DNA of 64,000 nt from Sminthopsis crassicaudata. Its lineage: Eukaryota. A program made the translations under genes and the position numbers. Positions 35,791 through 49,512 of this stretch are shown one piece after another. Below the pieces are notes generated by a model. It was not told the origin of the DNA. It saw only the letters and a list, made by a program, of their open reading frames with translations, and ran no database searches. Numbering within the stretch: position 1 is the stretch's first letter; each line of letters begins with the position of its first letter. The DNA is taken from the NCBI RefSeq assembly GCF_048593235.1, contig NC_133619.1:651846558-651910557 (forward strand), written 5' to 3'.

Positions 35791-38210
35791 AATCATATAG
35801 TCCATGCAGAAAAAGCATTTGACAAAATCCAACATCCATTCCTACTAAAAACTCTTGAGAGTATAGGAATAAATGGACTATTACTTAGAATAATCAGGAG
35901 CATATATTTAAGACCTTCAGTAAGCATAATATGCAATAGAAATAAACTGCAACCTTTCCCAGTAAGATCAGGAGTGAAACAAGGTTGCCCACTATCACCA
36001 TTACTATTCAATATAGTACTAGAAACGCTAGCCTCGGCAATAAGAGCCGAGAAAGAGATTCAAGGAATTAGAGTAGGAAATGAGGAAATCAAACTATCAC
36101 TTTTTGCAGATGACATGATGGTATACTTAGAGAACCCCAAAGACTCTGCTAAAAAGCTACTAGAAATAATTCAAAATTTCAGCAAAGTGGCAGGATACAA
36201 AATAAATCCACATAAATCCTCGGCATTTTTATATATCACTAACAAAATGCAACAGCAAGAGATACAAAGAGAAATTCCATTCCAAACAAATGTTGAGAGT
36301 ATGAAGTATTTGGGAATCCATCTACCAAAGAAAAGTCAGGAATTATATGAGAAAAATTACAAAACACTTGCCACAAAAATAAAATCAGATTTAAATAATT
36401 GGAAAGACATTCAGTGCTCTTGGATAGGCCGAGCGAATATAATAAAGATGACAATACTCCCCAAACTAATATATTTATTTAGTGCTATACCAATCAGACT
36501 CCCAAGAAACTATTTCAATGACCTAGAAAAAATAACAACAAAATTCATATGGAAGAATAAAAGGTCGAGAATTGCAAGGGATCTAATGAAAAAAAAAGTC
36601 AGAGGAAGGTGGTCTAAGTGTACCTGATCTAAAGCTATATTATATAGCAGCAGTCACCAAAACCATTTGGTATTGGCTACGAAATAGACCGGTAGATCAG
36701 TGGAACAGATTAGATACAAAGGACAAAAAAGGATACATCTATAGCAATCTAATCTTTGACAAACCCAAAGATACCAACATTAGGGATAAAAATTCATTAT
36801 TTGGAAAAAACTGTTGGGAAAACTGGAAATTAATATGGCAGAAATTAGATATGGATCCACACTTAACACCATATACCAAGATAAGATCAAAATGGGTCCA
36901 TGATTTAGGCATAAAGAGGGAGATAATAAATAGATTAGAGGAACAGAGGATAGTCTACCTCTCAGACCTGTGGAGGAGGAAGGAATTTATGACCAGAGGA
37001 GAACTAGAGATCATTATTGATCACAAAATAGAAGATTTTGATTACATCAAACTAAAAAGTTTCTGTACAAATAATACTAATGCAAACAAGATTAGAAGGG
37101 AAGTAACAAATTGGGAAAATATTTTTAAAAACAAAGGTTCTGACAAAGGTCTCATTTCCAAAATATATAGAGAACTGACCCTAATTTATAAGAAACTGAA
37201 CCATTCTCCAATTGATAAATGGTCAAAGGATATGAACAGACAATTCTCAGATGAAGAAATTGAAACTATATCCACTCACATGAAAGAGTGTTCCAAATCA
37301 CTACTGATCAGAGAAATGCAAATTAAGACCACTCTGAGATACCACTACACACCTGTCAGATTGGCTAAGATGACAGGAACAAATAATGACAAATGTTGGA
37401 GGGGATGTGGGGAAATTGGGACACTAATACATTGCTGGTGGAGTTGTGAAAGAATCCAGCCATTCTAGAGAGCAATCTGGAACTATGCCCCATAAGTCAT
37501 CAAACTGTGCATACCCTTTGACCCAGCAGCGCTACTACTGGGATTATATCCCAAAGAAATACTAAAGAGCGGAAAGAGACATATATGTGCCAAAATGTTT
37601 GTGGCAGCTCTTTTTGTTGTAGCTAGAAACTGGAGGATGAATGGATGTCCATCAGTTGGAGAATGGTTGGGTAAATTGTGGTATATGAAGGTTATGGAAT
37701 ATTATTGCTCTGTAAGAAATGACCAGCAGGAGGAATACAGAGAGGCCTGGAGAGACTTACATCAAGTGATGCTGAGTGAAATGAGCAGAACCAGAAGATC
37801 ACTGTACACTTCAACAACAATACTGTATGAGGATGTATTCTGATGGAAGTGGAAATCTTCAACATAAAGAAAAACCAACTCACTTCCAGTTGATCAATGA
37901 TGGACAGAAATAACTATACCCAGAGAAGAAACACTGGGAAGCGAATGTAAATTGTTAGCACTAATATCTGTCTGCCCAGGTTGCATGTACCTTCGGATTC
38001 TAATGCTTATTGTGCAACAAGAAAATGATATTCACACACATGTATTGTATGTAGACTATATTGTAACACATGTAAAATGTATGGGATTGCCTGTCATTGG
38101 GGGGAGGGAATAGAGGGGGGGATAATTTGGAAAAAAGAATACTAGGGATAATATTATAAAAAATATATATATAATAAAAATTATTAATTAAAAAAAATCA
38201 TATAGTCCAT
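35791..38210 (+). mobile_element. 5'-truncated L1 (about 2.4 kb) with 15-bp TSD
   Basis: TSD AATCATATAGTCCAT at 35791-35805 and 38196-38210. ORF2 RT (AEKAFDKIQHPFL...GVKQGCPLSPLLF...FADDM) and C-terminus, with a frameshift at the A run near 36590. Confidence 0.95.
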
Positions 38211-38564
38211 TAAATGCCAGTGTGGCAAGAAGTTTTGTTGCATGTGTTGATGAGGAAAAGGTCATGAGCTGCATGAATCTTCAATAGTATGACCATTGTT
38301 GCTGTTGCTGCTTCCAACACCATTCCTCCCAAGGACTTCTGGCCATGTCTGGTACCTACTCTAGAACTAAAGTCACCTGAATTATAAGTTTGTTCTTTTT
38401 GGACACATGAGACATGATAAGGATCTGCTGGTGTGAATAAAATTGTTATTTGACTTCATCAGGGTTCGTCGTGATGGAAGATGGTGATATGGCATTTTCT
38501 TGCAAGGGAGACTTTGCATTGTCATGAGCTTGTTATTCACTCCTTTTAAACTTGTGAACTTGTG

Positions 38565-38723
38565 GGGGCAGCTAGGGGGCGCAGTGGATAGAGCACCAGC
38601 TTTGAATTCAGAAGGACCCCGAGTTCAAATCTGATCTCAGACACTTTATACTTCCTAGCTGTGTGACCCTGGGCAAGTCACTTAACCCCAGCCTCAAATA
38701 AAATAAAATAAAATAAAATAAAT
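38565..38723 (+). mobile_element. WSINE1-like SINE with (TAAAA)n tail
   Basis: TSD TTGTGAACTTGT at 38552-38563 and 38724-38735. Confidence 0.92.
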
Positions 38724-39339
38724 TTGTGAACTTGTTTACTAGATTTGTTGTAATTCAAAACCTACACCAGCTTCACAGCACTCCCCTTCACTGCAGCTAT
38801 TCCAGAAAACTGTGTACCCAGCTCCTACTTCAGTAAGCTAGTCTTCATCTGCCAGCCTTGTTTCCCTAGGGATGCAACATCCGTTGACTTCTTTCACGAG
38901 AGCAATTCGTTTTCCAGTTCTATTAGATTTTGTCTTATCCATAAGTGTCCGCACATTCCATTGTGCTGATGCTAAGTAGAGCCACCTTTGTGGAAATTTT
39001 TATACTTTTTTTGCGTGTTTCAATCTCTGGATAGGATGATCTCTGCCTGCCATGGTAAATAGACCAGGGCTGGGTAAGCAGGCAATTTTAGGGTACCTTT
39101 TCTAGTCCTTTCCTCAACCAGGAGGCAAAGAGTGCCATCCTCAAAGGCTGCTCAGATACCCAGGGGGTGTCCTCCAGCTTCTTCCAGTGACGAGATGGAC
39201 CTATGGTCTGGGACACCGTGTGCAGTGTTATGACTACAGCTCCCAGTGTATCTGCATATGATGCTTCATCACTCACCTATCCCTACAAGGCTTTGAGATA
39301 GGTAGGTAGAAGTGGTAAAATGGTATGGGTGATGATTTT

Positions 39340-40510
39340 TTTTAATTGTGGTAAATTTATTTATTTTTAATACACGTTGCTTTATGAATCATATTGGTAG
39401 AGAAAAATCAGAGCAAAAGAGAAAAACCATGGGAGAGATAATTAAAAAAAAAAAACAGAAAAAAAGAAGTGAACATAGAAAGTTTTGATTTACATTCAGG
39501 CCCCTTAGATTTTTTTCTGGGTCCAGATAGTATTTTCTGTCCAAAGTCTATTGGGATCACTTGGGATCACAGAACCACTGAGAAGAACCAAGCCTTTCAT
39601 AGCTGATCATTGCACATTCTTGCGGTTATTGTGTACAACGTATTCCTGGTTGTGCTTGTTTCGCTCAGCATCGGTTCATGTAAATCTTTCCAGGCCTTTC
39701 CAAAATCAGCTCGTTCATCATTTTTTATAGAACAATAATATTCCATTACTTCCATTCCATATTCAGCCAACCAATGGGCATCCACTCAGTTTTTAATTCT
39801 TTGTTACACAACAAGAGCTGCCACAAACATTTTTGCACATGTGGGTCCTTTTTCTTCCTTTAAGATCTCTTTGGGATACAGCCCCAGTAGAGAGTCAAAG
39901 AGTATACACAGTTTAACAGTCCTTTGGGCATAGCTCCAAATTGCTCTCCAGAATGGTTGGATCATTTCACAACTCCACCAATAATGCATCAGTGTCCCAA
40001 TTTTCCCACATCCCCTCCAACATTTATCATTATCTTTTCCTGTCATCTTAGCCAGTCTGAGAGATGTGAAGTGGAACCTCAGAGTTGTTTTAATTTGAAT
40101 TTCTTTAATCAATAGTGATTTAGAGCATTTTTTTTCATGAAATGGCTTTAATTTCATCATCTGAAAATTGTTCACATCCTTTGACGATTTACCAATTGGG
40201 GAATGAGAGTCTCTGGGTTTATCAAACAGTAGATTACTATAGTCATTGACTACTACTCTATTTTTTTAGCCTGTATCAAATGGTTTGGATGACTTCTACT
40301 TTATAATATAATTTTTAAGTCTGGTGCTCCACCTTCCTTTGCATTTTTTCCATTAATTTTCTTGATGTTCTTGACCTTTTGTCCTTCCAGATGAATTTTG
40401 TTATTATTTTTTCTTTCTTTATAAAGTATTTTTTAGTAGTCTGGTTGGTATGGCAGTGAATAAGTAGACTAATTTAGGTAGAATTGCCATTTTTATTATA
40501 TCAACTCCTG
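39340..40510 (-). mobile_element. L1 3' fragments
   Basis: KCSKSLLIKEIQIKTTLRFH...KCWRGCGKIGTLMHYWW. Confidence 0.85.
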
Positions 40511-40949
40511 GCTTACACCTTAAAAAAATAAAAGAAAGGAAAATGGTCTATCTGTACAAAAATATTTGTAGCAGCTCTTTTCATGGTATCCCCAATGGCT
40601 AACTAAGATATAATTATATGCATTCAAGGGAATATAATTGTGCCATAAGAAGAATAATTTTAGAAGAATTTGGGAACATCTTTATGAACTGATGCAGAGC
40701 AAAGTGAGCAGAACAAGAACAATTATGCAGTGATAACAATATTAGCTAGAAAAGCAACTCAGCAAGACTTCAGAACCCTGACCAATCCAGAAGATTAATA
40801 CATCATGGCTTACCTGCTGCCAGGGAGGTGATGTGTTTGAGATGCAGAGATATAACATTTTGCCATGGGCTATTTGAGTTTATTTTGTCAGGCTGTGAGT
40901 CAAGCAGTGAGTGATTTGTTTAGGGGTATTTTTTAAATTGCTAATTGTA

Positions 40950-41095
40950 GGGGCAGCTAGGTGGCCCAATGGATAGAGCACCAACCCTGAAGTCAGGAGG
41001 ACCTGAGTTCAAATGTGACCTCAGACACTTAACACTTCCTAGCTGTGTGACCTTGGGCAAGTCACTTAACCCCAAATGCCTCAGCAAAAATAAAT
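40950..41095 (+). mobile_element. WSINE1-like SINE
   Basis: GGGGCAGCTAGGTGGC...GAGTTCAAAT...CTGTGTGACCTTGGGCAAGTCACTTAACCCC and A tail. Confidence 0.92.
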
Positions 41096-42144
41096 AAATT
41101 ATTTAATGTGGAGGAGTGAGATTAACAAGAGAAAATGCTCATTATTTGAATAAAGAATGAAACAAAGACAAATATAGCTCAGAAAGCAATATGATTGGAA
41201 TGACCTCTGTTATCAAGCAGAACAATGGAAAAATCCAGTCTCCATTTATATTGTTGATGGCAGCCAGAACCTGTGGCTTTAAACAGAGTTTAACCATGGG
41301 AAAACTGGCACGTGATCCTGGGCCATGCTGATATCATATCACACTGGGTCTGTTTCTTTATAATCCCTGGCTGGTGCAGGGGTCCATAAGGTTTCTTTCT
41401 CCTGCTGCTGCCCAGGATGACTGCCCTCTTGTAAATAAACTCCCTCATTAACCTAATAAATAGCAATACAACCTATTGCTAACCAAGTCAGCCTGGCTCT
41501 CTCTTTTTCTCTCTGGGTTATACCCCCTCACGGTTGGCACATTAGGGCAGCATGGATCTGCCCCCTACAGATAACAAGAACACCCCATTCACATCTTCGA
41601 TGCCGTGTCCCACTGGCAGTCTCCTGACTCTAGATCCTCCTCTCCCGACATTACACTATTTCCCAGGACTTTTTCAACCCTGTACCAGCCTCTGTTTGCA
41701 TCTCCTCAGCCCAGTTTCATCCCTGTGGTTGGATAACTGGCTTCTAAGTATTGTGTCTGATGCTTTTATAGCACTATACCTGGAGAGATTTGGGTTTTTG
41801 GCCAAAACTCTGGTAGAGGCAATGATGGCCTTCTCACCAGAACTGGAGATGACACGAGCTGGGCAGATGGGAAACACGTGGAGCGGAGCGGGATCTGAAA
41901 GTTCGGGCCAGGACACTGGGCTGAGCTTCATAAAATGAGATTCAGTCCCAGTGAATTCCCAGTCTGACACTGAGCGACTCCAAACCAGGGCAGCCAAGTG
42001 GCATAGAGGGCAGAGTCTGGGGCCAAGAAAACTCATCTTTTTTGTTTTTTTCTTTGCCTCAGTTTGTGTTCTGCAAAATCCTGGCACAATATCCTTCTCC
42101 AGCTCATTTTACAGATGAGGAAACTGAGGCACACTGGGTTAAAT

Positions 42145-44200
42145 TATCCTGAATGAGAAAAAGAACATACCATAAATTGCCAGACTTTCAGGACTTTGCT
42201 GCAAAAAGACCTGAACTTAAAAGAAAATTTGACATAGATAAAAATGGTTTTTAAATTTTTAAATATAATAAAACTTTATTTTTGAAAAATGTAAAAACCA
42301 TTCTATACACATGGGCCTTATGAAACAAAACATTTTAATGAAAGAAAGGAAACAAAAAAATAAAATTGATTTAAAAAAAATTGACATAAAAGATCCAGGA
42401 AAACTATAAGGTAAACAGTAAAAACTAATTACAAGGGACTTAAGGATAAACTGTTTATATTTTGTATGTGGAAATGTAAACTGTATACTCTAAGATTGTC
42501 TTTATTAGTTGGGTAGTTTGAAAGTAAAGGTTGGGGTAGAGAGTAGACCTGATCCTAAAAAGCAAAACCGTGTAGGAAAAAGTAAAAAGAGTCATTATTT
42601 TATACAAAGGCAGTGTGAGGAGAAGAACTGACACCGAGGAATTAGATGGGGGAGGAGGGCTGGCAGTTCCGGAATCCTACTCCCATCAAGAATGGGTTAA
42701 AGAGGGAACAACAAGTATATCTTTTTTTTTTTTTTTTTTTTTTTTACATTTTTTTTATTATAGCTTTTCATTTACAAGACATATGCATGTGTAATTTTAC
42801 AGCATTGACAATTGCAAAACCTTCTATTCCATCTTTTCCCCTCCTTCCCCCCATCCCCTCCCCCTGATGGCAGGCTGACCAACACATGTTAAATATGTCA
42901 AAGTATAAGTTAAATACAATATATGGATACATGTCCAAACAGTTATTTTGCTGTACAAAAAGAATCGGACTGTGAAATAGTGTACAATTAGCCTGTGAAG
43001 GAAATAAAAAATGCCGGTGGATAAAAATAGAAGGACTGGGAATTCTAAGTATTGGTTCCTAGTCATCTCCCAGAGTTCTTTCGCTGGGTGTAGCTGGTTC
43101 AGTTCATTATTGCTCTATTGGAACGGATTTGGTTCATCTCATGGTGGAGATGTCCACGTCCATCAGAATACATCCTCCTACAGTATTGTTGTTGAAGTAT
43201 ACAATGATCTCCTGGTCCTGCTCATTTCACTCAGCATCAGTTGATGTAAGTCTCTCCAGGCCTCTCTGTATTCCTCCTGCTGGTCATTTCTTACAGAGCA
43301 AAAATATTCCATAACCTTCATATATCATAATTTACCCAACCATTCTCCAATTGATGGACATCCATTCATCTTCTAGTTTCTAGCCACTACAAAAAGAGCT
43401 GCCACAAACATTTTGGCACATACAGGTCCCTTTCCCCTCCTCAGTATTCCTTTGGGATATAAGCCCAGGAGTAGCACTGCTGGATCAAAGGGTATGCACA
43501 GTTTGATAACTTTTTGAGCATAGTTCCAAATTGCTCTCCAGAATGGCTGGATGTACTCACAATTCCACCAACAATGTATCAGTGTCCCTGTTTTCCCACA
43601 ACCCCTCCAACATTTTGCATTATCTTTCCCTGTCATTCTAGCCAATCTGACAGGAGTGTAGTGGTATCTCAGAGATGTCTTAATTTGCATTTCTCTGATT
43701 AATAATGATTTGGAGCATCTTTTCATATGGCTAGAAATAGTTTCAATTTCTTCATCTGAAAATTGTCTGTTCATATCCTTTGGCCATTTATCAATTGGAG
43801 AATGGCTTGATTTCTTATAAATTAGAGTCAATTCTCTATATATTTTGGAAATGAGGCCTTTATCAAATCTTTGACTGTAAAAATACAACAATCTAATACA
43901 ATATCTAAAAAGCTCTAAAAGTCTTCTAGATTCAGGAAAAAATGAGGAGGCTAAGGGCATAGAGAGGGGGAGGATAAGGAAGAGATTTTTAAGGGAAATT
44001 TCACATCAGGATTAAATCGAGAGCAACATGTACATCTACAGGGGGATAAATATTTTCTGAATGCAAAAAGAAATAAGAGTGTGTGTGAGGAAATAGAGTA
44101 AGGGAGGTATGGAAGGCTATCTAGATTAATGGGAATGGGATAAAGAGGCAACAGCATATATAGCTGGAAAGCCAATTAAATCTAAATTCAGATAGAAACA
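42145..44200. mobile_element. L1 fragment (+) interrupted by an L1 3' end (-, about 42720-43875)
   Basis: The minus-strand ORF reads DKGLISKIYRELT...[16 protein letters not shown]. The flanking + strand sequence resembles the L1 ORF1/inter-ORF region. Confidence 0.7.
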
Positions 44201-44722
44201 AGAGAACAAGGGGAAAGGGAGGGAGGAAAAGATAAGGAAGGGATTGCTGGGATGGGGCCAGGTCAAGGAATAGAAGGGCAAGGGGAGAGAAGAGAGAGAT
44301 GGAGAGAGTCACAGAGAGACAGAGAGAAAAATAGAGGGAGACACAGAGAGAGAAAGAGAGACAGGGACAGAGAGAGAGAGAAAGAGGGAGAGGGAGATTG
44401 ACAAGAGAGACAGAGACAGAATGAAGGGAGTGAAGAAAAGAGTGGGCAAGGGAGGGAGAGAGAAGAAGAGGGAGACAGACAAAAACAGAGGGAAATGAAC
44501 TCTGCGGAGAGCTGTTTAGTCCTGTGACATTTGTGATGCTGCCAGAATTTGGACCTCGATCTGGGTGGAGATAGGGGTTCTGGTTGAGATTTGGAGGCGT
44601 GTGCTTACCAAGGAGAGTTCCAGAATGCTTTGGGTGGTCAACTAGTACAGAGCAGGGGATCACAGTGGTGAGCTGCCAGGCCATGTATTATTGTATAATA
44701 ATACATGTATGTGCCCCCCCCC

Positions 44723-44723
<1 letters not shown>

Positions 44724-44778
<55 letters not shown>
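44724..44778. repeat. (CA)n microsatellite; GA-rich low-complexity tract upstream at about 44280-44490
   Basis: Directly visible in the sequence. Confidence 0.95.
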
Positions 44779-44783
<5 letters not shown>

Positions 44784-46019
44784 TTCTTGTCAGGTTATAA
44801 CCCACCAAAAATGGTCATGAATGGGAAAAGGACATCCCAGATTTGATAATGAGCCCTCCAGAGCAGAGGTGAAAGATTTGATTATTTAATAATTTCGGCC
44901 CATACTCCTCTGGTTTTAAGATTCCCTTCCCTTTGCTATTATGAAGGACCTGACATTCTGTGGTCCGCTCAGTCCCCCTGTACTTCTGGCTCCCTCTCCT
45001 GATCACCATTTCACGCTCACATTCTTCATATCCATTCATCCTTCTGGTGGGTGTCTCTATCTCATTCCCCCCCACCCTTCCATGACGTGAACCCCGTTCT
45101 TTGTTTCTTTGCCCCTTCCAGACTGACCCGTGTCCTCCCCTTGGAAGTGGCTCTGTATATATTTTGTTTTGTCTAGGAGAATACAGGTCTTGTGGGCTTT
45201 ATGTTGAGTTGACAAGCGAGGTCATACAAGTGATGTCTTTTTTCACTCCCTTGTGTGAGGGGTACTTCCACTTCCCTAATATAACTGAGCTTTCTCTTCT
45301 CTGGAGGGGTGCTTTCCCTCTCAACCCCATTTCGGGAAAACAGGGGGAAGAAAGGAGATCAAAGGTCCTCCAACCCATGCCAGCCAATATTTTATAGCTT
45401 CCTTTAAACAAAAACTCTCATTTGCCCAGAAATAAATTGCTCTAAGAGAAAGAGAACCATCAGGGACAGCATGAGACTCAATGCCTTGGGAAGTTGTAGG
45501 AAAGGATCAATGATTCTCTCAAACTTGAACTCCTAGCCAAAGAATTTCTCTTCAAAATATATAGTGTGGTTATAAACTTCATTTTCTTGGACTTATGATA
45601 AAAATTGCTGCTCATTTCCAGAGAAAGAACTAATGGAGTTTTAATGCAGATTGAAGCAGCCTTCTTTTTTTTTTTTTTTAAACTTTATTATTCTTGGTTT
45701 GTTTTGTTTTGTTTTTTGGTCTGCAGTTTCTTTTGCAACATGGCTAATAAGGAAATGTTTTGCATGATTGCACATTTATAATCTATATCAGTTTGCTTGC
45801 TTTCTTAAAAATGAGAGAGAGAATTTTCTATTCCAAAAAAATTTGTAATGAATGTTACAAATTTATGTTTATGTATAATTGGAAAATTAAAATTAAATGT
45901 AAAAAAATTTCTCTCTCCTTACAACTCTTCTCTGTTGTTTCTCTTTGCTGCATTTGTGCAAGGATGCAAATAATGGACAATGTACTTTAACTTAAATTTA
46001 TCTTAAAACTAACTTTATC

Positions 46020-47810
46020 ATTTTTAATAATAGCTTTTTATTTTCAAAATACATGCAATAACAGTTTTCAATATTCACCCTTGCAAAATCTTGTGTTGCA
46101 ATTTTTTCTCCCTCCTTCCCCCTACTAGCTCCTTTAGGCAGCAAGTAATCCAATATATGCTAAACATGTGCAGTTCTATACATATTTTTACAATTATCTT
46201 GCTGCTCAAGAAAAATCTGTTCAAAAAGAGAAAAAATGAGAAATAAAAAAGCAAGCAAACAACAACAAAAAAGGTGAAAATGCTATGTTGTGATCCATGT
46301 TCAGTCCCCACAGTCTTCTTTTTGGGTGCAGAAGATTCTCTTCATCACAAGGTCATTGGAACTGGTTGGTCCGAATCATCTCATTGTTAAAAAGAGCCTC
46401 TTCCATCAGAATTGATCATCACATAATCTTGTTGTTGCTGTGTACTATGATCTCCTGGTTCTGCTCACTGCATTCAGCATCAGTTTATATAAGTCTCTGC
46501 AGGCCTTTCTGAACTCATCCTGCTGGTCATTTCTTACAGAATAATAATATTCTGTAACATTCATATATCACAATTTATTCAGTCATTCTCCACCTGATGG
46601 GCATCCACTCAGTTTCCAGTTTTTAGCCACTACAAAGAGGGCTGATAGAAATATTTTCCCTCTTTTAAGATCTCTTTGAGATATGAGCCTAGTAGTAGCA
46701 CTGCTGGATCAAAGGGTATGCACAGTTTGATAACTTTTTGAGGATAGTTCCAAATCACTCTCCAGAATGGCTAGATGTAGTCACAACTCCACCAACAATG
46801 CATCAGTGTCCCAGTTTTCCCACATCCCCTCCAACATTCGTCATTATCTTTTCCTGTCATCTTCATCAATCTGACAGGTGTGTAGTGGTATCTCAGAGTT
46901 GTCTTAATTTGCATTTCCCTGATCAATAATGATTTAGAACTCCTTTTCATATGACTAGAAATGGTTTCAGTTTCTTCATCTGAAAATTGTCTGTTCACAT
47001 CCTTAGACCATTTATCAATAGGAGAATGGCTTGTGTTCTTATAAATTTGAGTCAGTTCTGTGTATGTTTCAGAATTGAGGCCTTTATCAGAAATTTTGGG
47101 TGTAAATTCCCTCCCCAGTTTTCTGTTTTCCTTCTAATCTTGTCTGCATTGATTTTGTTTGTACAAAAGTTTAAATTTAACATAATCAAAATTATCCCTT
47201 TTGAATTTCATAATGTTTTCTAGTTCTTTGGCCATAAATCCTTTCTTCTCCATAGATATGAGAGGTAGACACTATCCCTTCTTCCCCTAATTTGCTTATC
47301 ATATCATCCTTTATGTCTAAATCATGAACTCATTTGACTTTAGAAGGTAGTGTTAGTTGGTCAGGGCCTTGTTTTTGCCATATTATTTTATACATTTCCT
47401 ATCAATTTTTTGTCAAAAAATGACTTCTTTTCCCAGAATCTGGAATCTTTGGGTTGATCAAACACCAGATTACTATTGTCATTGATTGACTATTTTGTCC
47501 TGTGAACCTAACTTATTCCACTGATGATAGCCAGTACCAAATGGTTTAATGACTGTTCCTATAGTTTTAGGTCTGGCATACCTGGGCATTTTTTCATTAA
47601 TTCCCTTGAATTTCTTGAACTTTTGTTCCTCCAGATGAATTGTATTTTTTTTTCTGGCTTTGTAAAGTTCGATTGGTATGGCACTAAATAAGTAGATTAG
47701 TTTAGGGAGAATTGTCATTTTTATTATATTAGCTCAGCCTACCCACGAACACTTGATATTCTTCCAGTTGTTTAGATTTAACCTTATTTGTGTGGAAAGT
47801 GTTAAACCTA
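46020..47810 (-). mobile_element. L1 3' portion (internally deleted)
   Basis: MTILPKLIYLFSAIP and MNRQFSDEETETISSHMKR ORF2 remnants plus 3' UTR. Confidence 0.85.
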
Positions 47811-48184
47811 ACTTTAAAGGGATATGAAGAGGCAAGTAGAGAAAGATTCAAGAAACAGGGTTAAAGTTCCGGAACATATCCCTAATGTCTTGGGGTTGAT
47901 GGAATCTGAAGGAAGACATCACTGGCTCTGGTCTCAGCAGTTCATGACTATTGGTCTCCCTCCAGCTCCCCAAGGCTCTTTCCTCTTTCCTTCCTCCCTT
48001 AATAAACATTTATTAAGTTCCTACTGTGTGTCAGGTATTATGCTAAGCTCTGCTCAGTTCTTGTCATGCAACAGCTTTGGTGGTTGTTGTGTCCCTTCTT
48101 GTGATGAAACTCTCAGTCCTGGACTGACCCCTACCCTGGGCAAAGAGGTTGGTGTGAGTCCCTCTCACTAATCCCCAGGTAATA

Positions 48185-48525
48185 TATCTTGAGATGGAGA
48201 TGAGGTTTGCACCCAGAGAGAGGACTGTGGGAACTGAATGTGGATCACAACATTTTCACTCTTTTTTTTTTCTTTACTTGAATTTGATTTTTTCTCATTT
48301 TTTCCAGTTTGATTTGATTTTTCTTGTGCAGCAAGATAATTGTATAAATATGTATAAGAAGAATTGCCCACATTTAATATATATTGGATTACTTGCCATC
48401 TAGGGGAGGGGGTGGGAGAAAAGTGGAGGAAATTTGGAACACAAAATTTTGCAAGGCTCAGTGTTGAAACATTTATCCATGCATATGTTTTGAAAATAAA
48501 GAACTTTAATTAAAAAAAAAAAATT
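48185..48525 (+). mobile_element. L1 3' UTR end
   Basis: ACCCAGAGAGAGGACTGTGGGAACTGA...CATGCATATGTTTTG..AATAAA and A tail. Confidence 0.8.
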
Positions 48526-48540
48526 GAATCTCAGCTCCCT

Positions 48541-49456
48541 AAAGACCGGGGATAAAATCACTATTGATCAGAGAAATGCAAATTAAGACAACTCTGAGGT
48601 ATCATTACACACCTGTCAGATTGGCTAAAATGACAGGAACAAATAACGATGAATGTTGGAGGGGCTGTGGGAAAACTGGGACACTGATGCATTGTTGGTG
48701 GAGTTGTGAAAGAATCCAACCATTCTGGAGAGCAATCTGGAATTATGCCCAAAAAGTTATCAAAATGTGCATACCCTTTGACCCAGCCATACTACTACTG
48801 GGCTTATACCCCAAGGAACTACTAGAGAAGGGAAAGGGTCCTGTATGTGCCAAAATGTTTGTGGCAGCCCTTTTCATAGTGGCTAGAAGCTGGAAGATGA
48901 ATGGATGTCCATCAATTGGAGAATGGTTGGGTAAACTATGGTATATGAATGTTATGGAATATTACTGTTCTATAAGAAATGACCAACAGGAGAAATACAG
49001 AGAGGCTTGGAGAGACTTACATCAACTGATGCTGAGTGAAACGAGCAGAACCAGAAGATCATTATACACTTCAACAATGATACTGTACGAGGATGTATGC
49101 TGATGGAAGTGGATTTCTTCAACATAGAGAAGAGCTAATCCAATTCCAATTGATTAATGATGGACAGAACCAGCTACATCCAGAAAAGGACTGGGAAATG
49201 AATGTAAACTGTTATTTTTACCTTCTGAATCCAATTCTTCCTGTGCAACAAAAAAATTCGGTTCTACACACATATATTGTATCTAAATTATACTGTAATA
49301 TATTTAACATATATAAGACTGCTTGCCATCAGGGGGAGGGGGTTGGGGGAGGAAGGGAAAAAATCTGAATAGAAGTAAGTGCAAGGGATAATGTTGTAAA
49401 AAATTACCCATGCATATGTACAGTCAAAAAATGTTATAATTATAAAATAAAATAAA

Positions 49457-49502
<46 letters not shown>

Positions 49503-49512
49503 CCGGGGATAA
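48541..49512 (+). mobile_element. Young 5'-truncated L1 with 15-bp TSD and a 39-nt pure A tail
   Basis: TSD AAAGACCGGGGATAA at 48541-48555 and 49498-49512; open ORF2 C-terminus (48564-49103); A run at 49462-49500. Confidence 0.95.

Larger units (their letters stand above)
29085..39090 (-). mobile_element. Near-full-length RTE LINE, fragmented by nested insertions
   Basis: Colinear remnants on the minus strand: WNVRTLMD endonuclease start (about 38950), HWHLMDYMIVRRRDRQD (across 38225/35790), AFTHLGQ...ENDEIQKLL, AEIYRA (about 33620), MVFAAQQLQEKCQEQNR (about 32800), ERRGIRLTTKLK...WTVYQRH (about 30400), C-terminal Zn-finger remnant (about 29200). Confidence 0.85.

Noticed and set aside
38565-41095. 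tRNA genes (A/B-box-like sequences)
   Set aside because: These are heads of tRNA-derived SINEs with CORE, A tails and TSDs, not tRNA cloverleafs.
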